This document shows, piece after piece, positions 12,950 through 24,021 of a DNA stretch of 64,000 bases; the stretch's first letter is position 1, and each line of letters begins with the position of its first letter. Both the position numbers and the translations under genes were made by a program. The stretch lies in contig RDEW01000001.1 of the NCBI GenBank assembly GCA_011109175.1, positions 973,079 to 1,037,078 on the forward strand, written 5' to 3'. The stretch comes from Dicyema japonicum. Its lineage: Eukaryota; Animalia; Dicyemida. The notes under the pieces are model-generated. The model was given only the letters and a program-made list of their open reading frames with translations, did no database searches and was not told where the DNA came from.

Positions 12950-14640
12950 TAGGAAATGTCATTATTATCATACTACTACGGTAAATCACTCGTTTGTAAC
13001 GTCACCTGTGTGAACACCTTTTTTAGGGTCAAATCGCTGATTGTGAACAGCCATTTGGAGACTGCAGATAAATCATAAGTACGAATCACTAAGAGAAAAC
13101 AACCATTTCATTCCTATTGTGATTGATACTTCTGGGATCGTGGTAGAGATGACAGACGCCTTTGTCTCCAGTATTGGACGGAGACTTGGTTCAAAGAGAT
13201 GCGAGCCCTGCGAAGGACTTGGGTGAAGCAGAGGCTCGAAATGGCGGTAATCAGAAGGAAAGCTTTCGTCCCAGATCTTTTAACTATAAAAAAGAGGAAG
13301 CTCATAACTAAATGACCCCGGGCAAACATTCGGGAGGTCGTATCTGACTTTTTCGAGAATCCTTGATGGCTTTCCAGAAAAAACATGTGATTGTCTCGTA
13401 TCCAGGGCGATTTTTTAGGAATTTGTTCATCGCTTCATAGATAGGGCTGTTGGCAGAATAAATCATCATCTTTTAAATCGCCTATTCAAAACTGAGGGGC
13501 GCACATAAAGTTGCGGCTAATAACTCCGTGGCAGCTTCCTAGAAAAATAGCCATTGACCACAGTTGTACAAATTGCTGATAGACAAAAAAAGGGGACAGC
13601 GTTTCTTCCGAGGGTTTTTGAGATTATCTTCTGTATCCTCATTCTCTCAAGTGTCGCAGTCGCCCGATCCTCAACATGTTTTGTGAATGTAATCCTCGGT
13701 CAAACGTCACTCCCAGGTGTGACCGTAAAGGGGTTGCTGCATCGTTTATCGTGTTCTAAGGCCTCTTTGTATAAGGTAGGTACTTTTCCATTATGAATTA
13801 TGCGACAGTCATTTTTTGTAGTAAAATTAAAAAACTAGTTGTAGATATTATTCCTCCAAGAATCCGAATTCTGTAAAAATTATCAAGTACTATAATGTCA
13901 TGAGCTATAGCCAAATATTCCGAAAGATTCACTTTGGTCATTTTGGGAAACGGAATTCGAGTCGCAAAGAGAGAAGTCATTCCAAAAATGCGGGAATACC
14001 TCCAATAAATGATTCAACATAGTAGGGGAAGGGAAATGATCCTTTTGGAGCCGCCATTGCATTGGACTNACTCTCATGTCATGAGCTATAACCAAATATT
14101 CTTAAATATACACTTTCGTCATTTCGGGAAAAGGAATTCGAGTCGCAGAGAGAAGTCAATCCAAAGTTGCGGGAATTCCTTCCAATAAATGATTCAACAT
14201 AGTAGGGGAAGGGAAATGATCCTTTTGGAGCCGCCATTGCATTGGACTACTTTTGAAAGATGTGTATCACATGACGTTGAACTAATAAAGATAAGGATAG
14301 ATCACATAAAAAAACCCTCGACCTGTAATATTTTTAATGGGAATAGAACCTTTCTATATGCTGGTACGGGCACCAGTACACGAGTCGAAAACGTCGAAAA
14401 AGGTAAAACGGTGATTGAGCGTCATATGTACAAACCTATATCTTGAAGACTGTTGGTCGAATATTATCGCCAATAGTCTGCTGATATGTGAGTTGAACCA
14501 ATTACCACATATTCCCTTTTGTAAGTGTTTTCATAGAGCAATCTGTAATTTCCGTGAGGAAACATTCTTTAGTTTCCCTCCAAATTCCACCAAAGTCCAT
14601 TGCTAGATGAATAATCGTCCACAGTTATGTGTTCGCTTAT
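12950..14640 (-). mobile_element. Decayed LINE RT and thumb region
   Basis: NG.PKGS..SPTM (PQG motif) and HLGVTFDRG.TFTKHVEDRATATLERMRI.KII motifs; contains an N-joined duplicate at 14069. Confidence 0.7.
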
Positions 14641-14844
14641 AAAAATTACTTTAGTCAATTTTTACGATCATTCCTTCACCACCTATCGTTAATTGAACAA
14701 ATAATACCCTTTTGTAATATCTTTTATCTGGAAAACCCCTATTTATTGTAAAAGTTTAATAGATTATTCATTATTTTGAGTTGGATTAAAGAGATTAAGT
14801 TGTTCCATCATAAAAGTAATCACAACGTCGAATATATGTTGATA

Positions 14845-15002
14845 AAAAAATAAAATTATTCCAAAAACCAAGGGTAAAACCAAATAACTAACTCCTTGAT
14901 CCTGACGCTTTTCAACGATTTCAGAACTTGTCTCTAGTAACGAAATTGCTCCCGGTGGAAAGAATAGTTGGTTCCTTTTGATACCGACCAGGTATTGAAC
15001 GT
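14845..15002 (-). mobile_element. Family B copy abutting the gap upstream of lectin 2
   Basis: Reverse complement has CCAACTATTCTTTCCACCGGGAG...AGCGTCAGGATCAAGGAGTTAGTTATTTGGTTTTACCCTTGG. Confidence 0.7.
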
Positions 15003-15088
15003 NNNNNNNNNNNNNNNNNNNNNNNNNNNNNNNNNNNNNNNNNNNNNNNNNNNNNNNNNNNNNNNNNNNNNNNNNNNNNNNNNNNNNN
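15003..15088. other. Assembly gap
   Basis: Run of N. Confidence 1.
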
Positions 15089-15089
15089 T

Positions 15090-15504
15090 GGAAAGTGCTA
15101 TACTTACATTACAGAGAAGAAAAATTATGAGAATGCCAAAAAGTTTTGTCAAAAAATTGGGGGAGACATAGCCAATATTGACAGCGAGGAAACCAATAAA
15201 TATATTTTTGGTAAACTCCGCGGTAGAGACTTTATTAGAGACATTTTATAAACCAAATAAGAAGGTGATTTTTATTGCCGTCAACGATATTAAAAAAGAA
15301 GGAAAATTCTTGGATTCCAAAGGAGGGGAACAGGTAAATCGATGTATAACGTAGACATACTTTAATTGGAATAACGGTGAACCGAACAATCTCGGGGACG
15401 AGGACTGTGTTGTTATGACGAATAATAAAGGGCAGTGGAATGATTTAGGATGTGCTACAAAGGAGCGATTTATATGTGAAATCGAAGGTTATATCCCTAA
15501 GTGA
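15090..15504 (+). CDS. C-type lectin paralog 2 (5' end in gap); exons ..15210, 15239-15333, 15355-15504
   Basis: [28 protein letters not shown]...[17 protein letters not shown]...QWNDLGC...FICE, stop TGA. Introns of 28 and 21 nt at the same positions as in the 8438 gene; 3' flank also homologous. Confidence 0.9.
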
Positions 15505-15982
15505 ATGATTTAATAGATTTACCTCATTCGGATGAAAAGGAGGATGAATGTGGTTATTAGATTAACTAAACTTACTAACCTCCAAAATTAACGTTATCTG
15601 TCATAATTAACATCCCTAACATTTTATTAATTTGCAATGTACGTAATTTACTTGTTGTTAGGCATTCGTTCAAAATGAGATATTATGGGCCACAGGCCAC
15701 AGGAGAGGTCGAGCAGCAGACGAGATTCATAAATGTCAATCAATGTGAATAATTTGTTAATCAATTATTTAATGGAAATTAATGAGTGAGGTGTCTGATT
15801 GTACATAACACAGCATTTCGAAATCATCATGTTGTTTAAGTGGTAGTGCAAACTGGCATATATCGCAGTCTTTATGACTATAAATAATACTTTTTTAATT
15901 GCACATAATCTTTTACGGCACAATATATCTAAAGCTTTGTGTCCACTGTGACAAGGTCTTCGCAGTTGAGACATCTATTCCT

Positions 15983-16345
15983 CTCATTCTAATCTTTATT
16001 AAGTTTTAGCAATTGTTATCGGAAATCAATGATGCTGTAAGACAAATCGTGGCGGCCCTGTAGATCCAAGTATTCAGTTTTGTCCTTAGTTTATCTCTCT
16101 GATGTGCAGGTTTCTTGAGTATAACTTTCTGGCTAAGCTATCCAAGTAATCTCTCATGAGATCTTTAGCTTGTTTACTGACTTGATCAATTACCAGAAAA
16201 TACAAACTATATCTAATTTTTCAAGCTGACCTAAATATAGTTGATATAATAATTATTAGAAAGTAGAACGGCTAGTTGGCTGGTAAGCTGGTTGGCCAGA
16301 TTGGTAAAACACATTGACAAAAGTCATTGCCACAAAAGGAAAAAG
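15983..16345 (+). repeat. Dispersed copy of 5645-6010 (LINE-associated)
   Basis: Shared blocks such as CTCATTCTAATCTTTAT, GCGGCCCTGTAGATCCAAGTAT and CAGATTGGTAAAAC. Confidence 0.8.
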
Positions 16346-16707
16346 GCTGCCAATCATATTTTTAGTTATCATTATTGAACCAGAAAACCACCGTCAGATC
16401 CAAAATAAACAAAATCCAATTAATCCCGGCCTCCCTCAACAGTCTTCGCATCTTTTCTTGGTGTTCCGACTGCGTTCCTACGCATTTCCGATATGGATAA
16501 GGTCCGCATACTCGAGCATTCGCAGGAGCACTGTTCCAGTCGCCTCTATCATGCTTTCTTGGTTTCTGGGGAGGATTTCCACACGGGAATATTTCCTCAG
16601 TAGGTTTGCTGCCTTCACTCGAATGTTGCATTATTCTTTGAAAAAAGAAAAATTTTTGAAATTCGCGGAACCCCAAGAATATTCCGTGGAACTCAAGTTG
16701 GGAAACA

Positions 16708-16781
16708 CTTGTCTTGCGGTAAAGATTTCGGATTTTCATTTCAATAACCCCGGTTCAATTCCCAGACGCGGAATTTTTTTT
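16708..16781 (+). pseudogene. tRNA-Glu(TTC)-like pseudogene followed by oligo-T
   Basis: GTCTTGCGGTAAAGATTTCGGATTTTCA...CCCCGGTTCAATTCCCAGACGCGGAA-TTTTTTT. A/B boxes and a TTC loop are recognisable, but the acceptor and anticodon stems do not pair. Confidence 0.55.
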
Positions 16782-16929
16782 GAACTTTAAGAATTTTATT
16801 CTATTGACTATTTCGTTTTAGACCACGTGGACTTTTTAAGGAGCAATCAACTTTTACAAAACAACTCAGTTCCATGTTTATAATACTGAGTTATTAAATA
16901 ATTATTTCCCTCAAAAAGAAATTATTATA

Positions 16930-17170
16930 AGAAAAACAATAGCGTTTGATGATAAAAACCACGGCATCTGGTGCTGGTTCGTTTTCCAGCCGATCTCAGT
17001 TGAGACGTTCGGCGTTATCGACCCATGCACGTCCGAGTTTAACAGGTTAATCGAATCGCTTGTAGGACTGAGGATGGGTGAGCCCAAAATAAAACGTAGG
17101 CTCATTTAGAAAAGAAATTGGGCACGCGAACGTAACTCCCATTGGGTGCTCAATGTTTGCACGCCATAAT
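16930..17170 (+). mobile_element. CRE-like (RLE) LINE C-terminal fragment
   Basis: FVFQPISVETFGVIDP...GEP, the same motif block as 47990-48190. Confidence 0.6.
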
Positions 17171-17284
17171 AGATACCATACCATATCAACTAACTTTATT
17201 TTTATTTTAATAAAATTAATAATAAGAATAATAAAATTATTATTTTTTGACATTATTTAAATGCAAGAGCCTATTAACTTAAAA

Positions 17285-17360
17285 CAGTGGAACGCATCGG
17301 TTCATGCGTGGTTAGTTTGGTTTTGCCGTTGTCTTAGGTGTTAAATAATAATAAAACTAA
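17285..17360 (+). repeat. Isolated shared retro 3' tail
   Basis: GGAACGCATCGGTTCATGCGTGGTTAGTTTGGTTTTGCCGTTGTCTTAGGTGTTAAATAATAATAAA matches 23932-24010. Confidence 0.7.
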
Positions 17361-18139
17361 AAATAACAGGGTTCTCCTACTAGTTCTTTCAGAATAACTA
17401 TACCTGTCAGATTTCTAAGAGCGTCCACTCTTAGCTATAACATTTTTGCTAGCCCTCGGTTTCTTTCTTTTGAAAAGGCCTGGGATACATAGATAAATTA
17501 ACTGAAAACTAAAACTATGTGGGATTCGAATCAGTATATTACATTCAAAAATATGGGGATATTTTGAATCCAACTAAAATTTTCGCTACTGAATTAGACT
17601 TTTACCTATGTGTTGAGGGATTTATGATAAAATGTATTAATTTGCTGTGTTCACTCATTAGCTTCCGAAACTGACTAACATCTGACTTTAAAAGATCAAT
17701 CAGTAATAAATCAACAATTATTCAGTATCTTCTTTTTCCTTCTAACTTTAACCAAAGCGACAATCATCTTTACTGTAATTCTCGTTATATGGATAAATGG
17801 ACAAAGGTGTACAATAAATCGTTCGAAAATACTATGCTCAATTGAGAACCAATAGATTCTTTAGAATTGAAAGATCTTTATGGTGATTTCTAGTCAACAG
17901 AGAATGTCTAGAACTGAGAAATCTTTATGGGTGTATTGTTGGTCTTTGATGATTCTGTAGGGAGATAAAGAATCATCTTTACCAACACCTGATTGGAGTT
18001 CAAAAGAGAAAGTAAATGCACAGATCGCCAGAGCCGACAGATTAGATTCGTGGTCCTCGAATTTGACGTTCAAGAGCCGTACAGCAATGGAACAAATAAG
18101 TTCATTGATTAGAGCTGTTATGTTCTCATGAAACAAGGT

Positions 18140-18700
18140 CCCTGGAAAAAACGTAATTATATTTTTTTATTAGCAAGGCTAAAATATTGAGGTAAGCTTC
18201 GGCTCTGAGTTTGCGCAATCTCGGATGATAGACTGAATTATTGTTACTTGGACAGCTTCAAATCGATAGAAAAGGCTAAAATATTGAAATAAGCTTCGGC
18301 TCTGAGTTCGCGCAATCTGGATGATAGACTGAAGAATTGTTACTTGGACAGCTTCAAATCGATAGAAAAAGCGATCAAATACTTTACTTGCACAATCCTA
18401 GAAGCAAGATCATTGGCTATTCCAAAGCATCGTCTAAATTCCTCTAATAGTCGAAAAAAGTCGGCATTGATCAAAGAAATAAATCACCTTATAAAATCTA
18501 ATTGGATCAAATTAGAAACGAAACACCGGATCAGAGCTCTAAACAACGAAATATGGCCCGAGAGTTCAAGTCCCAGCGTGTTTCTTAGTGAGGCTTTCTA
18601 AATCTGTTTGAGAAATAACGCAAAGTTATTTATTGCCGCATAGCATGAGAGCCCGGGTCAATCTTCATGTCAGACTGATATGTCAAACTTTTTATTCAAA
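18140..18700 (+). mobile_element. LINE ORF2 linker remnant with internal tandem duplication
   Basis: FKSIEKAIKYF...RIRALN parallels FSSIDRAVYYF...RIRALN at 37680-38099. Confidence 0.5.
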
Positions 18701-19648
18701 ATATCACAAGGTAGTACAAGAATTACCTAATGAATACACAATAACTAATTTCGGTGGAGGGTTACCACATGGGAAGCTGCACTAAAGAATTTGTAAAAAT
18801 TTCTAGTTTACCCTGTCAATACTCCCCGACATGTGTATTCTCTGATCTTATTTACACAAGTTATCCACAATTCAGGAATCAGCCAGAGCTGTAAAACACC
18901 ATATCGACTCTATGCCACTTGAAGCACTTATACAAGAAAACATAAAAATCTCAAAGCGACCACCCATCAATGAACCCTCTTTACTACATTTTTCTCAGAT
19001 ATCTTGAAACTCAATGAAATATGGTCAAACATCTAACCAATGAGAAGACTACTCAAATTGTGTGTCTTTTTCAATATAGGAATTTTTCTATCTGTTTACC
19101 ATCGTTTGGTTAATTAAACTAAATCTTTATTATTTTCATAAATGCATGATATTAATTTTCTGAGATCACATAAAGCTTATCAAACTATAAATAAGCTAAG
19201 AGTTCACTGATAGTTAGTTTAGCGAATCTGATAGCCACCCTTAGAGGGAATAACCATGTTATCGGGGTAGCCGCTGTATGACCCTTTTTATATTATTCTC
19301 TTTTAAAAATAAGAAAAATCTCAAGTAATTGCTAGAATTTAAAAAATAACGTGATTCAATGATTTTTTCGATATTTTAGATACTTTGGTATTATTAGCAT
19401 TATTACATTAAATATTTCATGAATTCTTATAATTTATTCAGAAACAATCAAATTAAGCCAAATAATCACAAAGTTCTTTTATGAAACAATTAAATCACTA
19501 AATAATAATCGTCTGAATATTATTCCTATAACAATTGTCTATTAATTTGATTCACTTTAATTGTTAGTTAGTTGATAAGTTTGTAGTCCATTCTTTGTTA
19601 TTTCTCTTTATTTTCTCATTAGAGAGGTGACCAGTTTCAATAACGGCA

Positions 19649-20077
19649 ACAGAATGATCATTTGTTCTCACAGATTACATTCGATATTATTTGAAGGGAT
19701 ATCCACAACTGTGGTTTTTGATTGTATGTGGACTTTGTAGGATTTATTACTCTGCTACTGCGATCGTAGATGCTGTTTACTTTCAATAGGTTGTTAACTA
19801 ATAAATCCTTTCTCGTTATTCTATGTAAATTAACTTAAACTAGTCATTTAAAAGTGCTAATAACAGAATGATCATTTGTTCTCACAGATTACATTTTATC
19901 ATTAATTGAAGGGATATCCACAACTGTGGTTTTTGATTGTATGTGGACTTTGTAGGATTTATTACTCTGCTACTGCGATCGTAGATGCTGTTTACTTTCA
20001 ATAGGTTGTTAACTAATAAATCCTTTCTCGTTATTCTGTGTAAATTAACTTAAACTAGTCATTTAAAAGTGCTAATA
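19649..20077. repeat. Tandem duplication of ~215 bp (no N)
   Basis: AGAATGATCATTTGTTCTCAC...GTGCTAATA occurs twice. A related GATCATTTG...CCACAACTG motif is at ~63205. Confidence 0.9.
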
Positions 20078-20175
20078 TGACTTTCAGTGATTACTTTAGA
20101 TTAAGTTCCTACATTTAATTGATATTATTTTTTTTGTGGAAACAATGAGCCAAGTTAGATATCTGTTAGTTTAAG

Positions 20176-21314
20176 TTAAATTAGTATGTTAACTAAAATC
20201 CATCCAATTACGAGGAATGTTACTTCCACTGGAGGAGAAACTGACGAAGTACTGAATTTTCGGGCATGCGTGCTTACTATAAATTAGAGTTAATTGTTAA
20301 ACTTGTTATGCTAGAATCTTCAAATAAAATGATAAGTTGATTAAACGTGGAATTAAAATAATTTACCTTCAGTTGTAGTCATCGAAGTAGTTGTAGTTGT
20401 CAAATCTATGAATAAAAAATACATAATATGAATTGATTAAACGTGGAATTAAAATAATTTACCTCTAGTTGTAGTGGGAGAAAGTGTAGTTGTATATCCT
20501 AATGGTAATAAAATACATTATAATAATAAAATATCATAATATGAATTGATTAAACGTGGAATTAAAATAATTTACCTTCAGTTGAAGTGTGAGAAAGTGT
20601 AGTTGTATATCCTAATGGTAATAAAATACATTATAATAATAAAATATCAATAAAAACACGATGATTACCAATTACAGGTTCAATTCTTACGTTATTTAAA
20701 TCTCTAAAACGGCAAGTAGTGGCTTTAAATAATTATAAAAATACCCCTTTCGGAAAGTAATGTAAATATATCTCCTCGGAATTGAACAATTTGCACTTCT
20801 AAGTGAAGAATGTTGAGAATAAAATGATTATTAAAATGTCGAATATGATTGCATTTATAAAAAGTTTCATTGTCAAATCTTTCATTCACATTTAAAATAG
20901 AGTCATCAAGATCAGTAGCATCTATCTTTAAGGGCAAAATACAACCAATTCTGACATAAATGCGTTGCAGAATATTATAATAACTATCCCTTTTAATTCT
21001 AAATCCAACTACAACATTTTCTTTTTGAAGATAGAGGTTGAATGAATCATTTCCTAAACTCTTATATTGAGTAACTGAATAGTTAAAATTGATAACTCGT
21101 TCCTACTATTGTCACATATATTTACAATTCCATCAAGTGTAAGCACCAAATCAATTACCGCACTAAATATAATGGTATAGTCGGTTTTCACACCTATGTT
21201 AAATATTCGAATTGGATGATTTTCATCTGTAATAGAAATGATTCCAAGTCCTACCAAACTAAAAAAAAGCACAATTCCTATAAATTTATTTCATTTTAAC
21301 AAACCTCCAATCAT
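20176..21314 (-). CDS. Secreted, putatively GPI-anchored glycoprotein (266 aa) with a LAMP-like domain and Thr-rich stalk; 9 exons: 21314-21305, 21277-21126, 21102-20745, 20722-20669, 20611-20576, 20498-20463, 20405-20367, 20317-20303, 20276-20176
   Basis: GT-AG introns of 27, 23, 22, 57, 77, 57, 49 and 26 nt give an 801-nt open frame. Signal-like MIGGIVLFFSLVGLGIIS; FYKC..LHLEVQIVQF..F..TTC pattern; sequons NYS, NDS, NET; terminal hydrophobic VTFLVIGWILVNILI then stop. The gene structure is well supported; the LAMP call is by pattern only. Confidence 0.75.
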
Positions 21315-22346
21315 TAAATTCGTTGATGAAATGGTAATTATTAACGAATAATTTGTTATAAAAATTATTAAAATAAAATTAATTTAATTAAAAATAATTT
21401 AATAAAAATAAATTATTTTTTTGTTATTAAAGAAAAGTAAAATATGTAAATTATGAATTAATTAAAATATAAAATATGCATATTTCTCTTCCATCCTTGT
21501 TTTTTTCCTTTGTTCAACTAAAAAAATCATTTGGTCGACCTGTTTTAGGTGCTAGGGTGCTATAAAAAGGATTTTTTGTTACGACAGCTTGAAAGAGATG
21601 TTTTTGTTCTTTTCCTTTGTTTCAAATACTCTTGTGTATAATATTGAAAACTCTTATGCTTCTATCTCGTCTTTAGATACATTTACTTAGTCGTTAACTT
21701 TTTTGTGTTTCCGAGGATAATAAATGATAGGAGCACAGAAGAGTGAACCCAGAACGGTCCAATGACTCTTCCAAAACTATATCCTTGTAGCGTAATTAAG
21801 CAAGAAAGGTATTGCATTAAATTTACTGTAGTGTATTATGGGGGCGAAGTTGAATTGTGATAGAATTACAGAGTATTTATTTTTTTACCTGAATGTGACA
21901 ATATCAGATAATATTTTAGAATACGAGATTTTTTGGAACAATTTTGGGCAAATTTAAGAGACTTTACTGTATTAGTAAACGAGATTTGAACAAATTTGAT
22001 GAACAAATATTTCAAACGTACTATTGATTCCCCAATGACTCTGCAACAAAATCTTTAGATTCGGTTATTTATAAAATCTAATTAGCTTTTCATGGATAGC
22101 GAGAAAAAAGAGATCATGCCAGATAAATGTATTCGATGCTTGGTAAACGAATTGCTTTTATAGAACTTTCAACAAAGGAATGCAAGGTACTAGTGATTGC
22201 GAAAGAACTTCAGAATTGTTATTCTTTTTGGATCTTTGAGATCATTAGGTCAATTCGATATGTGAATGATATGAACAGAGCAATGATAACTTCGTGGAAC
22301 AGTGGCGTCTTTGGGGTAGGATCATGAAGTCATTCATCAGACTGAT

Positions 22347-22651
22347 TAAATTAAATTATTAACCCCGGCTTCGCCAGCAAGTGGGAAGCCGGCGACCATC
22401 AAAGAGCGTGCAGTCCGGACAGGCCGCTCCCAGAGATCCTCGACTTTTGCATCCGGTGGTCCAGGGCAGGGAAAAAATCTGGATTAATTTTCTTTTATGA
22501 CGTTGTGGCTCACCAAGAGGTGTCATTTGGTTGTGCCTGTGCCCTACACAGCACACATGAAAAAGAACCACACTATTTCCCTATCGTCTCTCTTCAAGGA
22601 GATCTCGATGGCGACCATTGAGCGGGCACGAAGTTTTCGCTCCCAAGAATC
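22347..22651 (-). mobile_element. GC-rich retroposed insert with 3' hairpin and 12-bp flanking direct repeat
   Basis: CATCAGACTGAT at 22335-22346 and 22652-22663; stem CCGGCTTC/GAAGCCGG (22365-22392) next to an AT-rich tail. Confidence 0.55.
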
Positions 22652-22663
22652 CATCAGACTGAT

Positions 22664-22866
22664 ATGTCGATATTAATAATTTTAATAATTGTTTTAAAAT
22701 TTTAAAATTAAATTTTAATTCACTCGTTGAAATATTAAATTTTAATGTCAGGTGTGCGTAAACAATCACGGACTATAGTACAGGAAAACAGAGGATTAAA
22801 ATATGAATGGGGGGAAAGTTCTTTATGATTAAAATACATGGCAAAGTACATTGTTTAATATGTCAC
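22664..22866 (+). mobile_element. hAT (SPIN/Charlie-like) 5' fragment
   Basis: Near-identical to 26460-26665 (MSGVRKQSR.IVQENRG..YEWG). Confidence 0.8.
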
Positions 22867-23499
22867 NGATAATTTTTACCTGAATGTGACAATATCAGAT
22901 AATGTTTTAGAATACGAGATTTTCAGGAACAATTTTGGGCCAATTTAAGAGACTTTACTGTATTAGTAAACGAGATTTGAACAAATTTGATGAACAAATA
23001 TTTCAAACGTACTGTCGATTCCTTATTGACTTTGCAACAAAATCTTTAGATTCGCTTCTCTTTAAAATCCAATTAGCTTTTCATGGATTGCGAGAAAAAA
23101 GAGATCATGCCAGATAAACGTATTCGATGCTTGGTAAACGAATTGCTTTTATAGAACATTCAACAAAGGAATGCAAGGTACTAGATATTGCGAAAGAATT
23201 TAAGTATTGTTATTCTTTTTGATCCTTGAGATCATTAGGTCAATTCGATATATGAATGATGTGAACAGATCAAATTATTTTTTACTAATGTTTTTTTAAA
23301 TAATTTTTTTTTTCAAATTCTCAAATTGACCAAAATTCCAAATTGGCAAAAATATTTCAGGGACAATTTTGGTCTAATTTAATTTACATCAAATTATTTC
23401 ATGGAATTTTTATAATTTATTCAGAAACAATCAAATTAAGCCAAATAATCATAAAGTTCTCTTAAGAAACAACTCAATTTGAATAACAAATTTCTTAAG

Positions 23500-24019
23500 T
23501 AGACGGAGGGGACGTGTATGCCTCGGAGGAATGAATCAGTTTCGCGTCTTCTTCCAAACGGTGTCCCCCAAGGATTTCCTTTATCTCCCGCTTTATTCAA
23601 TTTATACCTGGCCGACCTCCCGACACCGGAAGCGTCTTCTTCCAAACGGTGTCCCCCAAGGATTTCCTTTATCTCCCGCTTTATTCAATTTATACCTGGC
23701 CGACCTCCCGACACCGGAATTCAATAACGATGTTCTACTCTCATACGCGGACGACATAGTTTTAGCCTTGCGTGATCGGGATATCCAAAATGAACCGGAC
23801 CTACTACTCTGGCGGCCCTCATTAAACAAAACTCCGGCATGCGTGAAGGTGGCCCTGCAAATACAGTCAGCCGCCCAGTACGAGCATGTGTGGGTACGAG
23901 AAAGGAGCACCGGGAAAAGATGAGGATTTTAACGGAACGCATCGGGATCACGTGATAGTTAGTTTTGGTTTTACCGTGGTCTTGGGTGTTAAAAAATAAA
24001 ATAATAAATAATAATAAAA
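23500..24019 (+). mobile_element. Internally deleted LINE: RT core joined to the shared 3' tail
   Basis: NGVPQGFPLSPALFNLYLADLP...SYADDIV, with a perfect ~87-bp tandem duplication; ends GGGATCACGTGATAGTTAGTTTTGGTTTTACCGTGGTCTTGGGTGTT followed by an A/TAA-rich tail. Confidence 0.88.
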
Positions 24020-24021
24020 TA

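Noticed and set aside
16314-16790. 158-aa and 125-aa overlapping ORFs
   Set aside because: They span a repeat end and a tRNA relic, and show no domain or splice support.
17894-18136. 80-aa minus-strand ORF (also 48416-48610) as a host exon
   Set aside because: No recognisable domain and no consistent tiny-intron model could be built.
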